DNA of 64,000 nucleotides from Parachlamydiales bacterium (GTDB lineage Bacteria > Chlamydiota > Chlamydiia > Chlamydiales > JAJFMK01). The notes under the pieces are model-generated. The model was not told the origin of the DNA. It did not search any database and saw only the letters and a list, made by a program, of their open reading frames with translations. The stretch is from contig CAVXVG010000036.1 in assembly GCA_963765145.1 (NCBI GenBank), positions 5,463 through 69,462 on the forward strand. Reading direction: 5' to 3'. Every line of letters starts with the position of its first letter. Within the stretch, counting starts at the first letter, position 1. Below are positions 8,341-17,577 of the stretch, one piece after another. A program made the translations under genes and the position numbers.

Positions 8341-9150
8341 TCAACTTTTGGATGTGAAGTGGAGCTGTTTTTGGGTGAAGGGGTGGGGGAAACTGAGCGA
8401 TTCGGCATGAAGTTGCAGGCGGCCCTTGGGATGCGGATGGTAAAGGGTGTCCCCAACAATGGGATGGCCAAGATGGGCCATGTGTACCCTGAGTTGATGG
8501 GTTCGACCTGTGATGGGATACAGAGCGACACGCGTATGACTCCCCTCTTTTCCAATCACTTCCCAATCGGTTTCGGCAATAAGGTCTGATTCTTTCTGCG
8601 TAACCTGAAACCTTGGTCGACCCCCCAAAGATTTTCCCTCTCCGATGTGAGTTTTTAAATGGCCAGATCCCTTCAATTCCCCTTCAACCACGGCGATGTA
8701 TCTTTTTTCTACTTTCTTGGTTTCGAAAAGGGTTTGAAAGGCCTTTCTCATCTCTTCGTTCTTTGCGATCAATAACAATCCTGTTGTTTCTCGGTCTAAA
8801 CGGTGGATCAATGACCAACCTTTGGGAGCAATTGCCTGTAATAATTCTTGGTCGACAGTTACTCCAAAAGGCTTGTCATAGACCAAAAAATCCTCTTCTT
8901 CGTAGACAATCTTCGATGGATCAAAAGCAATACCCTGTTCTTCAGGTACTATTACAGAGATCGTCTCACCACCAAACAAAGGCCTTTTGGCCATCCTTTC
9001 AACTTTACCATCAATTTGGCAGGCCGATTGGTCCAGCAGTTTTTTAACTGCTTTTTTAGAAAGGGCAAGTTGTTCAGAAAGATAGTCGTCTAAGGCAGTT
9101 CCTCTCTTATCGAGAGAAACTTTAAAACTGTTTGAGGAACCGTTCGTCAT
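8341..9150 (-). CDS. RluA/RluD-family pseudouridine synthase
   Basis: S4-like N-terminus, IHRLDRETTG, GRTHQLRVH, HPIVGDTLY and LHA. Confidence 0.93.
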   Translation of the reverse strand: MTNGSSNSFKVSLDKRGTALDDYLSEQLALSKKAVKKLLDQSACQIDGKVERMAKRPLFGGETISVIVPEEQGIAFDPSKIVYEEEDFLVYDKPFGVTVDQELLQAIAPKGWSLIHRLDRETTGLLLIAKNEEMRKAFQTLFETKKVEKRYIAVVEGELKGSGHLKTHIGEGKSLGGRPRFQVTQKESDLIAETDWEVIGKEGSHTRVALYPITGRTHQLRVHMAHLGHPIVGDTLYHPHPKGRLQLHAESLSFPHPFTQKQLHFTSKS

Positions 9151-10153
9151 TTTCCATAAAGAGGCGGATGTCAGGTATACCCTTTTCGATCATGAGAAGA
9201 CGCCCTACTCCCATGCCCCAGGCATAGCCTGAATAGACTTCCGGGTCGATGCCACAGTTTTTCAAAACTTCAGGATGAATCATCCCAGCACCAGCAATTT
9301 CAAGCCAACCGCTATGCTTGCAAATACGGCATCCTTTTCCAGAGCACAAAATGCATTCTACATCAATTTCAAGGCCAGGCTCTACGAAGGGAAAATAACT
9401 CGTACGGTAACGAGTTTTTACCCCAGGGCGTAACAATCTTGATAAGAATGTATCAAAGGTCGACATCAAATCGGCATAGGTGACCCCTTTGTCGATATAA
9501 AAGCCTTCAACCTGATGAAATTGGACATGCGAACGGGAAGTAACCACTTCATTTCTGTAAGCTTTTCCTGGGACAACCACACGTATCGGTGGATTGCCCT
9601 GTTCCATCACCCTACCTTGAACGTTTGAGGTGTGCGTTCTTAACAGATACCCATCTTCTAAATAGAAAGTATCTTGCATGTCTCTTGCCGGATGGTCAGG
9701 AGCAAAGTTGAGCACTTCAAAATTGTAATAATCGGTGTCAATATCCGGCCCTACCTGTACGGAAAAACCCATACTGATAAATATGTCTAAGATACGATCG
9801 AGTGTCGCCAAAATTGGATGTTCGTTACCCAAAGGCCTTTTTCTTGCAGGTAAAGTCACATCGATCTTTTCGCTTGATAGACGCTTGGCCTCTTCTTGCA
9901 ATAAAAACGATTCTTTAACTTCGGCTAATTTTTGGGTGATGGATTCTTTGAGATCGTTGATCTCTTTTCCCACTTTTGGTCGATCTTCCGCAGAGACGTT
10001 TTTTAAAAGGGGCATCAAAGCCTGAATCGGACCTTTGCGTCCAAGCAGGTGGACTTCTAGGTCCTCAATATCTTTGACTGTCTTGGCAGCTTTTAACTGC
10101 TGATCAAAACGGTCAGATAAACCCTTGATCTCTAGATCTATTTCTGGATTCAT
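9122..10153 (-). CDS. pheS: Phenylalanine--tRNA ligase alpha subunit
   Basis: HPARDMQDTF, LRTHTS, FHQVEG and YFPFVEP. Confidence 0.97.
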   Translation of the reverse strand: MNPEIDLEIKGLSDRFDQQLKAAKTVKDIEDLEVHLLGRKGPIQALMPLLKNVSAEDRPKVGKEINDLKESITQKLAEVKESFLLQEEAKRLSSEKIDVTLPARKRPLGNEHPILATLDRILDIFISMGFSVQVGPDIDTDYYNFEVLNFAPDHPARDMQDTFYLEDGYLLRTHTSNVQGRVMEQGNPPIRVVVPGKAYRNEVVTSRSHVQFHQVEGFYIDKGVTYADLMSTFDTFLSRLLRPGVKTRYRTSYFPFVEPGLEIDVECILCSGKGCRICKHSGWLEIAGAGMIHPEVLKNCGIDPEVYSGYAWGMGVGRLLMIEKGIPDIRLFMENDERFLKQF

Positions 10154-10219
10154 ATGATCAACCTAATTGTTCTCAAACAGAAAACCTGCAGCCTTACAGA
10201 CTGCCAATTTATACCGTAT

Positions 10220-10439
10220 CTAACCCAGGGCGTTGCCCTGGGCTGTTGCAACTATCCGGCTTTCAGCCGGAAATTGCAATACAAGCTTTACCGGCCTGAA
10301 AGGCCAAAATTGCAACAGCCCGGGGCAGCGCCCCGGGCTGTTACAACTGTCCGGCTTTCAGCCGGAAAATCGCAATACAAGCTTCTTTACTGGCCTGAAA
10401 GGCCAACATTGCAACAGCCTAGGGCAACGCCCTAGGTTA
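10220..10439. repeat. Multi-hairpin repeat (family A variant) with internal tandem duplication
   Basis: CCCAGGGCGTTGCCCTGGGCTGTTGCAA...CCGGCTTTCAGCCGG...GGCCTGAAAGGCC occurs twice. The right end includes the rplT stop. Confidence 0.85.
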
Positions 10440-10799
10440 TTTTGTTGCTAAAGCGTGCTTTGCTGATTGAACAACGTGATGAAAGTCTTGTGGGTTGGAA
10501 ATGGCCATTTCTGACAACATTTTCCTGTTCAAAAGGCATCCAGCTAAGGCAAGACCATGGATGAGCTTGCTATAGGAGATCCCTTCAATTTTTGCTGCAC
10601 AGCTTAAACGTTGGATCCACAAACCTCTAAAATTGCGCTTCTTCTCTTTGCGGTGCATGTAGCTGTAGGCAAGCGCCTTCATCACAGCATCGCTAGTTTG
10701 GCGAAGGTGGTTTCTTCTGTCGCCAAAATAACCTTTAGCAAACTTTTTGATCCGGTCTTTGCGCCGCTTCGAGGCGACGGCATTTGTTACTCTAACCAT
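10437..10799 (-). CDS. rplT: 50S ribosomal protein L20
   Basis: MVRVT...AKGYFG...FRGLWIQR...LNRKMLSEMA. Confidence 0.97.
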   Translation of the reverse strand: MVRVTNAVASKRRKDRIKKFAKGYFGDRRNHLRQTSDAVMKALAYSYMHRKEKKRNFRGLWIQRLSCAAKIEGISYSKLIHGLALAGCLLNRKMLSEMAISNPQDFHHVVQSAKHALATK

Positions 10800-10822
10800 T
10801 TTCTAATCCTAAAATTATAGCC

Positions 10823-11020
10823 TTAAAGCACACCCATAAGCATTTTGTAGGTTTTCAAGATCGTCTTGTCAACCAAACCGGAACGTCTCAATTGACGTTT
10901 CCGTTTTCCCGTTTTATGGGTCAAAAGGTGGCGCTTTCCAGCATGTTGCCGTTTCAATTTTCCAGTCCCAGTCAGTTTAAACTTTGCAGCTACTGACTTG
11001 CGTGTTTTCATTTTGGGCAC
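10823..11020 (-). CDS. rpmI: 50S ribosomal protein L35
   Basis: [21 protein letters not shown]. Confidence 0.97.
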   Translation of the reverse strand: MPKMKTRKSVAAKFKLTGTGKLKRQHAGKRHLLTHKTGKRKRQLRRSGLVDKTILKTYKMLMGVL

Positions 11021-11037
11021 GGCTAATTTCTCCTAAT

Positions 11038-11652
11038 CTACTCTTCTTCACTTGGTCTGACAATCTCTTCTAGCTTACTCTTCAGAGTCATGTCAGGTTT
11101 TTTTGCCTCTTCAGCCGTTCCTTCCTTTGAAGGACGGGCGGGAGGACGGATTTTCTTGGGGTTGGGTGATAAAACAGCGTTCATCATTTTTCCCAACATT
11201 TTTGGTGTGGCTTCGATCAAGGCAATATCTGCCAAATCATCACACATTTTCTTGACCCAGCGTTCGCCCACTTCAGGGTGAGCCATCTCTCGGCCTCGGA
11301 AAGTGCAGGTTATTTTAACCTTATTTCCCTTTTCGATAAAGCCCCTTGCTTGACGACTCTTTGTTTCAAAGTCATGAACGTCAATATTTGGCTTTACTTT
11401 GACCTCTTTCAGCTTGATCTGATGCTGCGCTTTCTTGTTTTCACGTTCTTTTTTGGTCTGATCGTATTTGAACTTTCCATGGTCCATGATCTTGCAAACT
11501 GGAGGGACAGAGGTTGCAACAACCTCGACCAAATCCAAATTAACCTCTTCAGCCATTTGAAGCGCCTCGTGAAAAGAGACTACCCCTATTTGCTTTCCTT
11601 CATGATCAATCAACCGTACCCGCTGGGCCCGGATTTGCTTATTAACTTTCAA
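11038..11652 (-). CDS. infC: Translation initiation factor IF-3
   Basis: NKQIRA..VRLID, LDLVEV, PPVCKIMD and FRGREMAH; non-ATG start. Confidence 0.97.
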   Translation of the reverse strand: MKVNKQIRAQRVRLIDHEGKQIGVVSFHEALQMAEEVNLDLVEVVATSVPPVCKIMDHGKFKYDQTKKERENKKAQHQIKLKEVKVKPNIDVHDFETKSRQARGFIEKGNKVKITCTFRGREMAHPEVGERWVKKMCDDLADIALIEATPKMLGKMMNAVLSPNPKKIRPPARPSKEGTAEEAKKPDMTLKSKLEEIVRPSEEE

Positions 11653-11671
11653 AGCTAAAAAAAACCTCGCA

Positions 11672-12667
11672 CTAAAACAACAGCCAACTTTTCAGCTGGC
11701 CAACTAAACTCACATGTATAGGGTGGCAGACAACCTCTTTTTTAGGCGATGAAAACTTGGCTTTTGGCCCAATTTCGATAAAAGGACCAGGAAATCTGGA
11801 CCCAATCGGGTCAATAAACGACCATTGGACCCCCCATCTTGTCTCAATCATCTCAAAAAGGGGCGATCCCGCCTCTTTTAACCACCCATCTATCTCTTTT
11901 TTCCAAAAGGTCAACTCTTTTTCGCTGCCAAATACGAACCCTACGTCGTGATCCGGTAAAAAAAAAGAGACTATTTCCTCTTTCAAAGGCTTCTTGTTCC
12001 AGCTCTTCAGCGTCTGGTTGAAAAAAAGGGATCAATTCTTTAAATCCGAGGTTTTCCCACTTCTTTCGGGCAAGTGCAAATAGCCGGTCCCTTTTTCTTG
12101 CGCCCACTTAGAGTCGATCCAGTCTCCCAAACCCTCTTTTTGATCACGGAATAGCTTTGCAAAGTTTTTGGCCTCTTTTTCTTCTTCGAAAGCAGTGCCA
12201 ACCACTTCATATACGCCATCATCCGTTTCTTTTAGGGACAAAAGCTGCACAACCCCTAGATCGAAGGTGGTTTCTAACGTATTTGGGTTAAAAACCTCTT
12301 CAATATCATCATTTAACCTGATAAAAGGAGCCACCTCATCTTCAGCTTCTTCTATTGCTTCTCCCTTTTCTTGCAACCCATGGTGTTTTAAAAAGAGGGC
12401 TGCGTTAGAACGCATCATTTCCATTTTTTTAAGCGGAAGCGAGGCTTTTTTAAGCCGCCGCATCTCTTCAATCAGAAGTGTTAGAAAAAGGGGGGGAAGG
12501 GGGCCATCAAAAAGAAAGTGTGCTTTGAAACAAAAACCGTCGACCTCAGCCGGCAAAGAAACCGCATTCGGTAAAATATTTTTTAAAGCCGCAGAAAAGA
12601 CCATTTTTGCAACATCCAGCCTTGGCCAAACTGTTTCACGATCTAAAGCAACGGGATTAAAAGTCAC
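11672..12667 (-). pseudogene. Degenerate threonyl-tRNA synthetase homolog (truncated, interrupted)
   Basis: ORFs 12032-12667, 11853-12107 and 11672-11986 follow, by eye, the ThrRS N2 editing domain (VVGTAF), the motif-1 region (KKWENLGFKELIP) and the catalytic core (FIDPIGSRF; HPIHVSLVGQL). It occupies the thrS position upstream of infC. Confidence 0.7.
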
Positions 12668-12691
12668 AAGGTTCTATATAGGGGAACTGTT

Positions 12692-12765
<74 letters not shown>

Positions 12766-12778
12766 AAAGATGGGCTAG

Positions 12779-12808
12779 ATTGTCGCATAGACTTCAACTT
12801 TGTGGCAA
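12779..12808 (-). promoter_or_regulatory. Putative promoter of tRNA-Val
   Basis: TTGCCA-N18-GACAAT with a TG extension on the minus strand. Confidence 0.4.
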
Positions 12809-12818
12809 GACTAATTCC

Positions 12819-13090
12819 TTGCCCATGCCCCTGCCCTTGCCCTTGCCCAATTTTCAACTTTCTCAAGCAAAAGCCTTCTAGTCGCGCAACGCGTTTGTAG
12901 TGCTCTACGCCCGTTTAGCCTTTCACTCTTCAGTGATAAGTGAAAGCTAAACGGGCGTAGAGCACTACAAACGCGTTGCGAACTAAAAAATCGTTTCCAC
13001 AGCGATTAATTATGCAACAAGGCCGTAGAGCACTCCAAACGCTAGCGCGAGCTAGAAGGCGGTTTTTAGTTTAAAACGGGTAAGGGCACG
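12819..13090. repeat. Hexamer element enclosing a GTAG-type REP doublet plus an extra arm
   Basis: (NTGCCC)5 at 12819-12848, a perfect 35-bp inverted repeat 12885-12919/12946-12980, an extra arm near 13024-13060, and CGGGTAAGGGCACG at 13077. Confidence 0.85.
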
Positions 13091-13185
13091 TTTAGAATTT
13101 GTGTTTCTGGTTCTTCTTCACGCCCTTGACTTATTCGCCCTCTCCAGCTAACTTGAACGCCCTACATTTACTTCAGGATGATTTT

Positions 13186-15138
13186 ATGTTTGCAGTTTCA
13201 CCTGCCACACTCGGTGCATTCGCTTATCGGACTGCCCTCCGCCTACCTGTTCTTTGCGTATTTACCTCTATCTGTTCGCTTGTAGCAAAAGCGGCACTAG
13301 CTCGATATTACCCAACACCCGAAGTTGGGCAAGTTTATAAACACCCTGCTCACAAATACTTGATAGAGACATCTTATACAGAATTGGCCTGCCCACTGGT
13401 ATGGGGCTTTGGCCATTTTGCCCTTCGTCAGGTAAAAGCCCACCAAGAAGCCAAAGGAAAGCAGCATTTCGAGAAATTTCGAAAAGATCCATCCCAAACA
13501 TCTCCTCTTAAAGCTGCAACCTCATACAGAAACTCTGATGCACTCTACGCCACGGGCATCAAATCGCGAGACTCTAATCAAATCGAAAAAGCTGTGAGTC
13601 ACTTCAAAGAAGGGTTAGAAAAAGGGCATACAGGATGCGCCGTTGCCTTAGGCCAACTTTGCTTAGCCGGAATCTATGGCGAAAAAGATACTGCTTTTGC
13701 GCGTGCTAAAACCTATTTCCAACAAAACAAATCACCATTTTCTGTCTATCTCCTAAACCTGACAGAACTGATGCAAAGCTGCCCTGTTAATGCAAGAGAT
13801 ACTCTTTTTGCAATGTATCAAGGTGACTCCAGTAAATTCGGCACCACTTTTTCCACTGCCGAAGAAATCGATTTCCCGATTCTCGTTGCAAATAGACTCT
13901 CGTTGCCTCAATCAACGAAAACAGACTTTTACAATTGCGCCCTTCAACACCTCAAGTCACCTTTCCAACAAGGACAAGCTCATTATCAGCTCTATCAATT
14001 GACTGGAGAGAGAACTCATTTAGAGCAAGCAGTCTCCTTTGAACATAACCGGGCACGGTTAGATCTTGCGCTCATTTTAAGGGACGAGGTGGAGCTTGAT
14101 AATGATAAAAGAGCGTTAGAACTTCTTCTTTCTATTCCAAAAGATAAAAGGACGACAGAAATCTCAACACTCATTGCCCATTTTTATCTGACAGGTTTTG
14201 GTACCAATATTTGCAGTCCAACGGCTGCCACAGAACACTATGGCAATGCTCAACCATCCACAGGCCCAATAGACAGCACCCTTTATTTCGATGCTTTAGC
14301 CAAACTTTTGCTAGGTTGCAGCGCAGAAGAAAGAAAAGAATTTTGCCTTGTTGCCAATGAAATAGAGCAAACAATTCGCTGGCAAACGGAAATTCCTCCA
14401 TTAGAAGCTCTACCAGGTACTTTAGATCTATCTTTAGCTATTGCTAAAGGTTTGCGATCCAAATTGATCGACAGTTCAAATAACACACTTCGTCGAACAA
14501 CTGAGCACGAACAAAAAGTCACTTTGGTTCAAAAACTTCTACTGTTTTCTGCCCAACAAAATGCTTTGCCTGCACTTACAAGAACATCAGCATATAAGGA
14601 ATTAGGCAACTTGCAAACTCTTTTAGGAAAAAGAGATGATGCTATTACTTCCTATAAAGATAGCTTAGCGGTAGATGATACTGATCCAGAGCCATTGATG
14701 GGATTATATGCCCTCTATAACGCAAAAAAACAAACTGACAAAGCCATTGCTGAACTCAAAAAAGCTGCGGAGAAGAAACATCCGCCTGCCATGCATTTAT
14801 ATGGATTGCATCTTCGTATGAAATGCCCCCCAGATATAATTAAAGTTAAAACTGGGCTTTTCACTTCTGTAGACGAAGAAAAAGAAAATAAAAAATCTCA
14901 ACCAAGTAAAGATTTAATTTTGGCAGCCGCAGGAGCACCAGAACCTTATAAAATGGCTGTAACCTATTGCCAACAAAAAGGCTGGCATACTGGAAGTAGT
15001 GTCTCTGCTATAAGAACCCGTTCTGCAAGCGTGATAAGCACAGCATCTACTACTTCTCAAGCACCTTTAAGAGTGATTACTACTTTCTCTAACGGCACTC
15101 CACCGCCATCTTATCATGAAAACCAAGAAAGTTCCTAA
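13186..15138 (+). CDS. Sel1/TPR-repeat protein, putative secreted effector
   Basis: Sel1-like segments (AVALGQLCLAG; AAEKKHPPAMHLYG) and TPR (AYKELGNLQTLLGKRDDAITSY). Start at ATG 13186 follows AGGA. Confidence 0.7.
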   Translation: MFAVSPATLGAFAYRTALRLPVLCVFTSICSLVAKAALARYYPTPEVGQVYKHPAHKYLIETSYTELACPLVWGFGHFALRQVKAHQEAKGKQHFEKFRKDPSQTSPLKAATSYRNSDALYATGIKSRDSNQIEKAVSHFKEGLEKGHTGCAVALGQLCLAGIYGEKDTAFARAKTYFQQNKSPFSVYLLNLTELMQSCPVNARDTLFAMYQGDSSKFGTTFSTAEEIDFPILVANRLSLPQSTKTDFYNCALQHLKSPFQQGQAHYQLYQLTGERTHLEQAVSFEHNRARLDLALILRDEVELDNDKRALELLLSIPKDKRTTEISTLIAHFYLTGFGTNICSPTAATEHYGNAQPSTGPIDSTLYFDALAKLLLGCSAEERKEFCLVANEIEQTIRWQTEIPPLEALPGTLDLSLAIAKGLRSKLIDSSNNTLRRTTEHEQKVTLVQKLLLFSAQQNALPALTRTSAYKELGNLQTLLGKRDDAITSYKDSLAVDDTDPEPLMGLYALYNAKKQTDKAIAELKKAAEKKHPPAMHLYGLHLRMKCPPDIIKVKTGLFTSVDEEKENKKSQPSKDLILAAAGAPEPYKMAVTYCQQKGWHTGSSVSAIRTRSASVISTASTTSQAPLRVITTFSNGTPPPSYHENQESS

Positions 15139-15161
15139 AACAGGGTTATCTGACAAGAAAG

Positions 15162-15353
15162 ATTTAACAGGGTGAACAGGATGAACAGGATAAGCTCCGC
15201 CCACACATGATTTTGTTTCGGTAAAAGTAGATAAAAAAAGGGCTTCACCTATAGAAGCTGACGTCGAGGCGAAGCCCTATCTTTCTTGTTTTTTCCACTT
15301 TAGAATAGCCCTAGGCAGAGCTTATCCTGTTCATCCTGTTCACCCTGTTAAAT
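15162..15353. repeat. (AACAGGATG)n nonamer palindromic element
   Basis: TTTAACAGGGTGAACAGGATGAACAGGATAAGCTC...GAGCTTATCCTGTTCATCCTGTTCACCCTGTTAAA. Confidence 0.9.
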
Positions 15354-15407
15354 TTTATAGAATGCTTTTTCCTGGATTGAGGGACTGTTCTTAAAGCCCT
15401 GAAATTC

Positions 15408-15445
15408 AGCTCTTAGTTGACATATTTAACTAAGAGCTTTAGGGT
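15408..15445 (+). promoter_or_regulatory. Promoter with overlapping operator-like palindrome
   Basis: TTGACA(15417)-N17-TAGGGT, overlapped by AGCTCTTAGTT-N9-AACTAAGAGCT. Confidence 0.5.
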
Positions 15446-15474
15446 ATACGCCTACTTTCTAACAGGATATAAAC

Positions 15475-17310
15475 ATGTCTTCTATTCGATTCGAACCCTC
15501 TGACACAGACTCTGTAAACCCTTTAGATGTTATCTACAAGATAGCACTCCACTTCCCTGTTACCGGCACTTTTCTCTCGATACGCGAGCTTTATAAAAAA
15601 GCTGATGCGGATAAAAAATACCATGGAGAAATTGGAGAGCAATACGCTTCACTTGCTGATCGCTATTTTGCATTAAAAAGTTATCCTGAAATCCGTTGTA
15701 CACTTGTATGGGGTTTTGGGGAAATGGCCTTATTGGGCCTCCATTACTATAAACAATCCAAAGGGGCAGATCTTTACAAACAAGCTTGCAATGAGACTGA
15801 TCCGGCTGTTGCTATTGAGCTGCTGAAAAAGTCGGCTAATCAATACCGATTTAGCGATGCGATTTATCTGTTAGGAACCTACTACAGAGATGGTAATGGT
15901 GTTCCTGCTGACGCCGATCTTGCCCTCGCCTATTTCCATGAAGCTGCAGCGCTTGGAGACCAACGTTCTCAGATTGCCCTTGGCAACCTCTACCTTTCAG
16001 GTTTAGGAGAACACATTCCACAAGATCTTCAAAAAGCACTGCTCTACTTTCACAAAGCAAATGGAGGAAAGAACAACTCTCTCGCCCATTTTGCAAAATA
16101 CAGGGAAGATTTTGTTCACCTTTTGTTTAAATTTGGGACCGGCCGACAAGATGTTTTAGATTTTATTGCTCGTGCAAACGACCGTTTTGACGTCGATTTT
16201 TCTCTTTCAGATGACCTTGTGGTCTCTCTTGCTCTTGCTTTTAGAAACGATAAGCTGCCGATGGGGTTTAAAGATGATGCAGAAAAGTTATTGAGATGCG
16301 CAGCACACCACCTTCCAAACGAACGACAGAAAGCAGATATCTTTTATCTATTGGCTCATAGCACCAATAAATGGTCCGATTATGAAAGTGCGGCTACCTT
16401 TGGTCACCGCCCTGCAGCATTCGAACTTTCTATATTGAAACGGGACCATGCGCTTACTTTGGAACACGGAGACCAAAGACATCAGCTTTTGCAACAAGCT
16501 TTCATGCTACTGGCCAAAATCCCTCCTCAAGAACTAGAGAAAGATTATAAAACTGCCATTTTGCTCGGTCACTATTATCTAGGATTTGGTTCAGAAAAGC
16601 CCCAATTCGACAAGGCCCTTGATTGTTACAAATTGGCACTAAATGGGTGTTTAGAGGCAGAAAAGTTCAAAATCCAGTTTCTGATAGGTTTTGCAGCTAT
16701 TTTGCAAGAGATGGAGCTTAAAAATACCCAAGCCTTCGATACGCTCCATAGAGCCTTAAAAAATGAAGCATCCTTATGGAAGCACCTTCCTTTAGAAGAT
16801 TTAAGCTCTTTGCCTCTTGTAACTGCTATTCATCTTTTAGAAAGCGAGCAAGACACACGTACGGCTCAACAATTGTTTGAGCTGTGTGTCAGGCAGCCTG
16901 AACAAAGCATGAAATTGATCTCTTATTATTCTCTAAGCCGTCTAGATGTTGCAAGACGGCAAGAACATCTAGAGCAATGTTTGAAGCTAGATCCACACCA
17001 TTACCGGGCTAGAATGGACCTTTTCACTCATTTAAAGGACATTAACACGCAATTGGCAGATTTTTATTTGCAACCGGCTCTTGATGCAGTTATTCCTGAG
17101 GCGCTTTATCTCAAAGCCCTTTACATCATCAGCCAAGCCGATAAGCTGATTCAACAAAAAGGGGGCGGCTTTGGCTTTGGTCAAGGACAAACGCAAGACA
17201 GCCAACGCAAAGCTTTGCTCCTTCAAGCGCGCGATTTTATGGTCCCTGCAGCCAGGGCCGGCTTCGAGCCAGCCCGCCAATCCTGCCTCACCCAAGGCTG
17301 GAGTTATTAA
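15475..17310 (+). CDS. Sel1-repeat protein, paralog of 13186-15138
   Basis: AIYLLGTYYRDGNGVPAD...AAALGD..SQIALGNLYLSGLG; shares LVWGFG and the C-terminal C..xGW with the upstream gene. Confidence 0.8.
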   Translation: MSSIRFEPSDTDSVNPLDVIYKIALHFPVTGTFLSIRELYKKADADKKYHGEIGEQYASLADRYFALKSYPEIRCTLVWGFGEMALLGLHYYKQSKGADLYKQACNETDPAVAIELLKKSANQYRFSDAIYLLGTYYRDGNGVPADADLALAYFHEAAALGDQRSQIALGNLYLSGLGEHIPQDLQKALLYFHKANGGKNNSLAHFAKYREDFVHLLFKFGTGRQDVLDFIARANDRFDVDFSLSDDLVVSLALAFRNDKLPMGFKDDAEKLLRCAAHHLPNERQKADIFYLLAHSTNKWSDYESAATFGHRPAAFELSILKRDHALTLEHGDQRHQLLQQAFMLLAKIPPQELEKDYKTAILLGHYYLGFGSEKPQFDKALDCYKLALNGCLEAEKFKIQFLIGFAAILQEMELKNTQAFDTLHRALKNEASLWKHLPLEDLSSLPLVTAIHLLESEQDTRTAQQLFELCVRQPEQSMKLISYYSLSRLDVARRQEHLEQCLKLDPHHYRARMDLFTHLKDINTQLADFYLQPALDAVIPEALYLKALYIISQADKLIQQKGGGFGFGQGQTQDSQRKALLLQARDFMVPAARAGFEPARQSCLTQGWSY

Positions 17311-17317
17311 AATTGCA

Positions 17318-17577
17318 TAATTAACCACAGAGGCAGTGAGATCACAGAGGAAATTTGAGAGCATTGAGACGGGTTGTTTTTTTCAAATTTTCACTCTGCG
17401 CCTCTGCGTTTAAATTTTAGATGTTTTTTTTCCGCGCATTTTTGTGATAAAAAGATCAATTAAATTTAAACGCAGAGGCGCAGAGAAAAAGCGAAATTAC
17501 TGAGTTTTCTCATCAAAAGGATTGGTCTCAATGCTCTCAAATTTCCTCTGTGATCTCAGTGCCTCAGTGGTTAATTA
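17318..17577. repeat. Nested CACAGAG/CGCAGAG palindromic element
   Basis: Outer ~53-bp inverted arms at 17318-17370 and 17525-17577; inner CTCTGCGCCTCTGCGTTTAAATTT / AAATTTAAACGCAGAGGCGCAGAG. Confidence 0.88.

Noticed and set aside
8128-8589. Small ORFs sharing TQGCA..LTLGYNPKRLSGV-type peptides (also 23317-23520 and 25908-26123)
   Set aside because: They are translations of family A repeat DNA or antisense to the pseudouridine synthase, not a protein family.
12032-12034. TGA readthrough or selenocysteine joining the two same-frame thrS-like ORFs
   Set aside because: The ThrRS-like sequence across this stretch is in the alternative frame (KKWENLGFKELIP), so two compensating indels explain it better.
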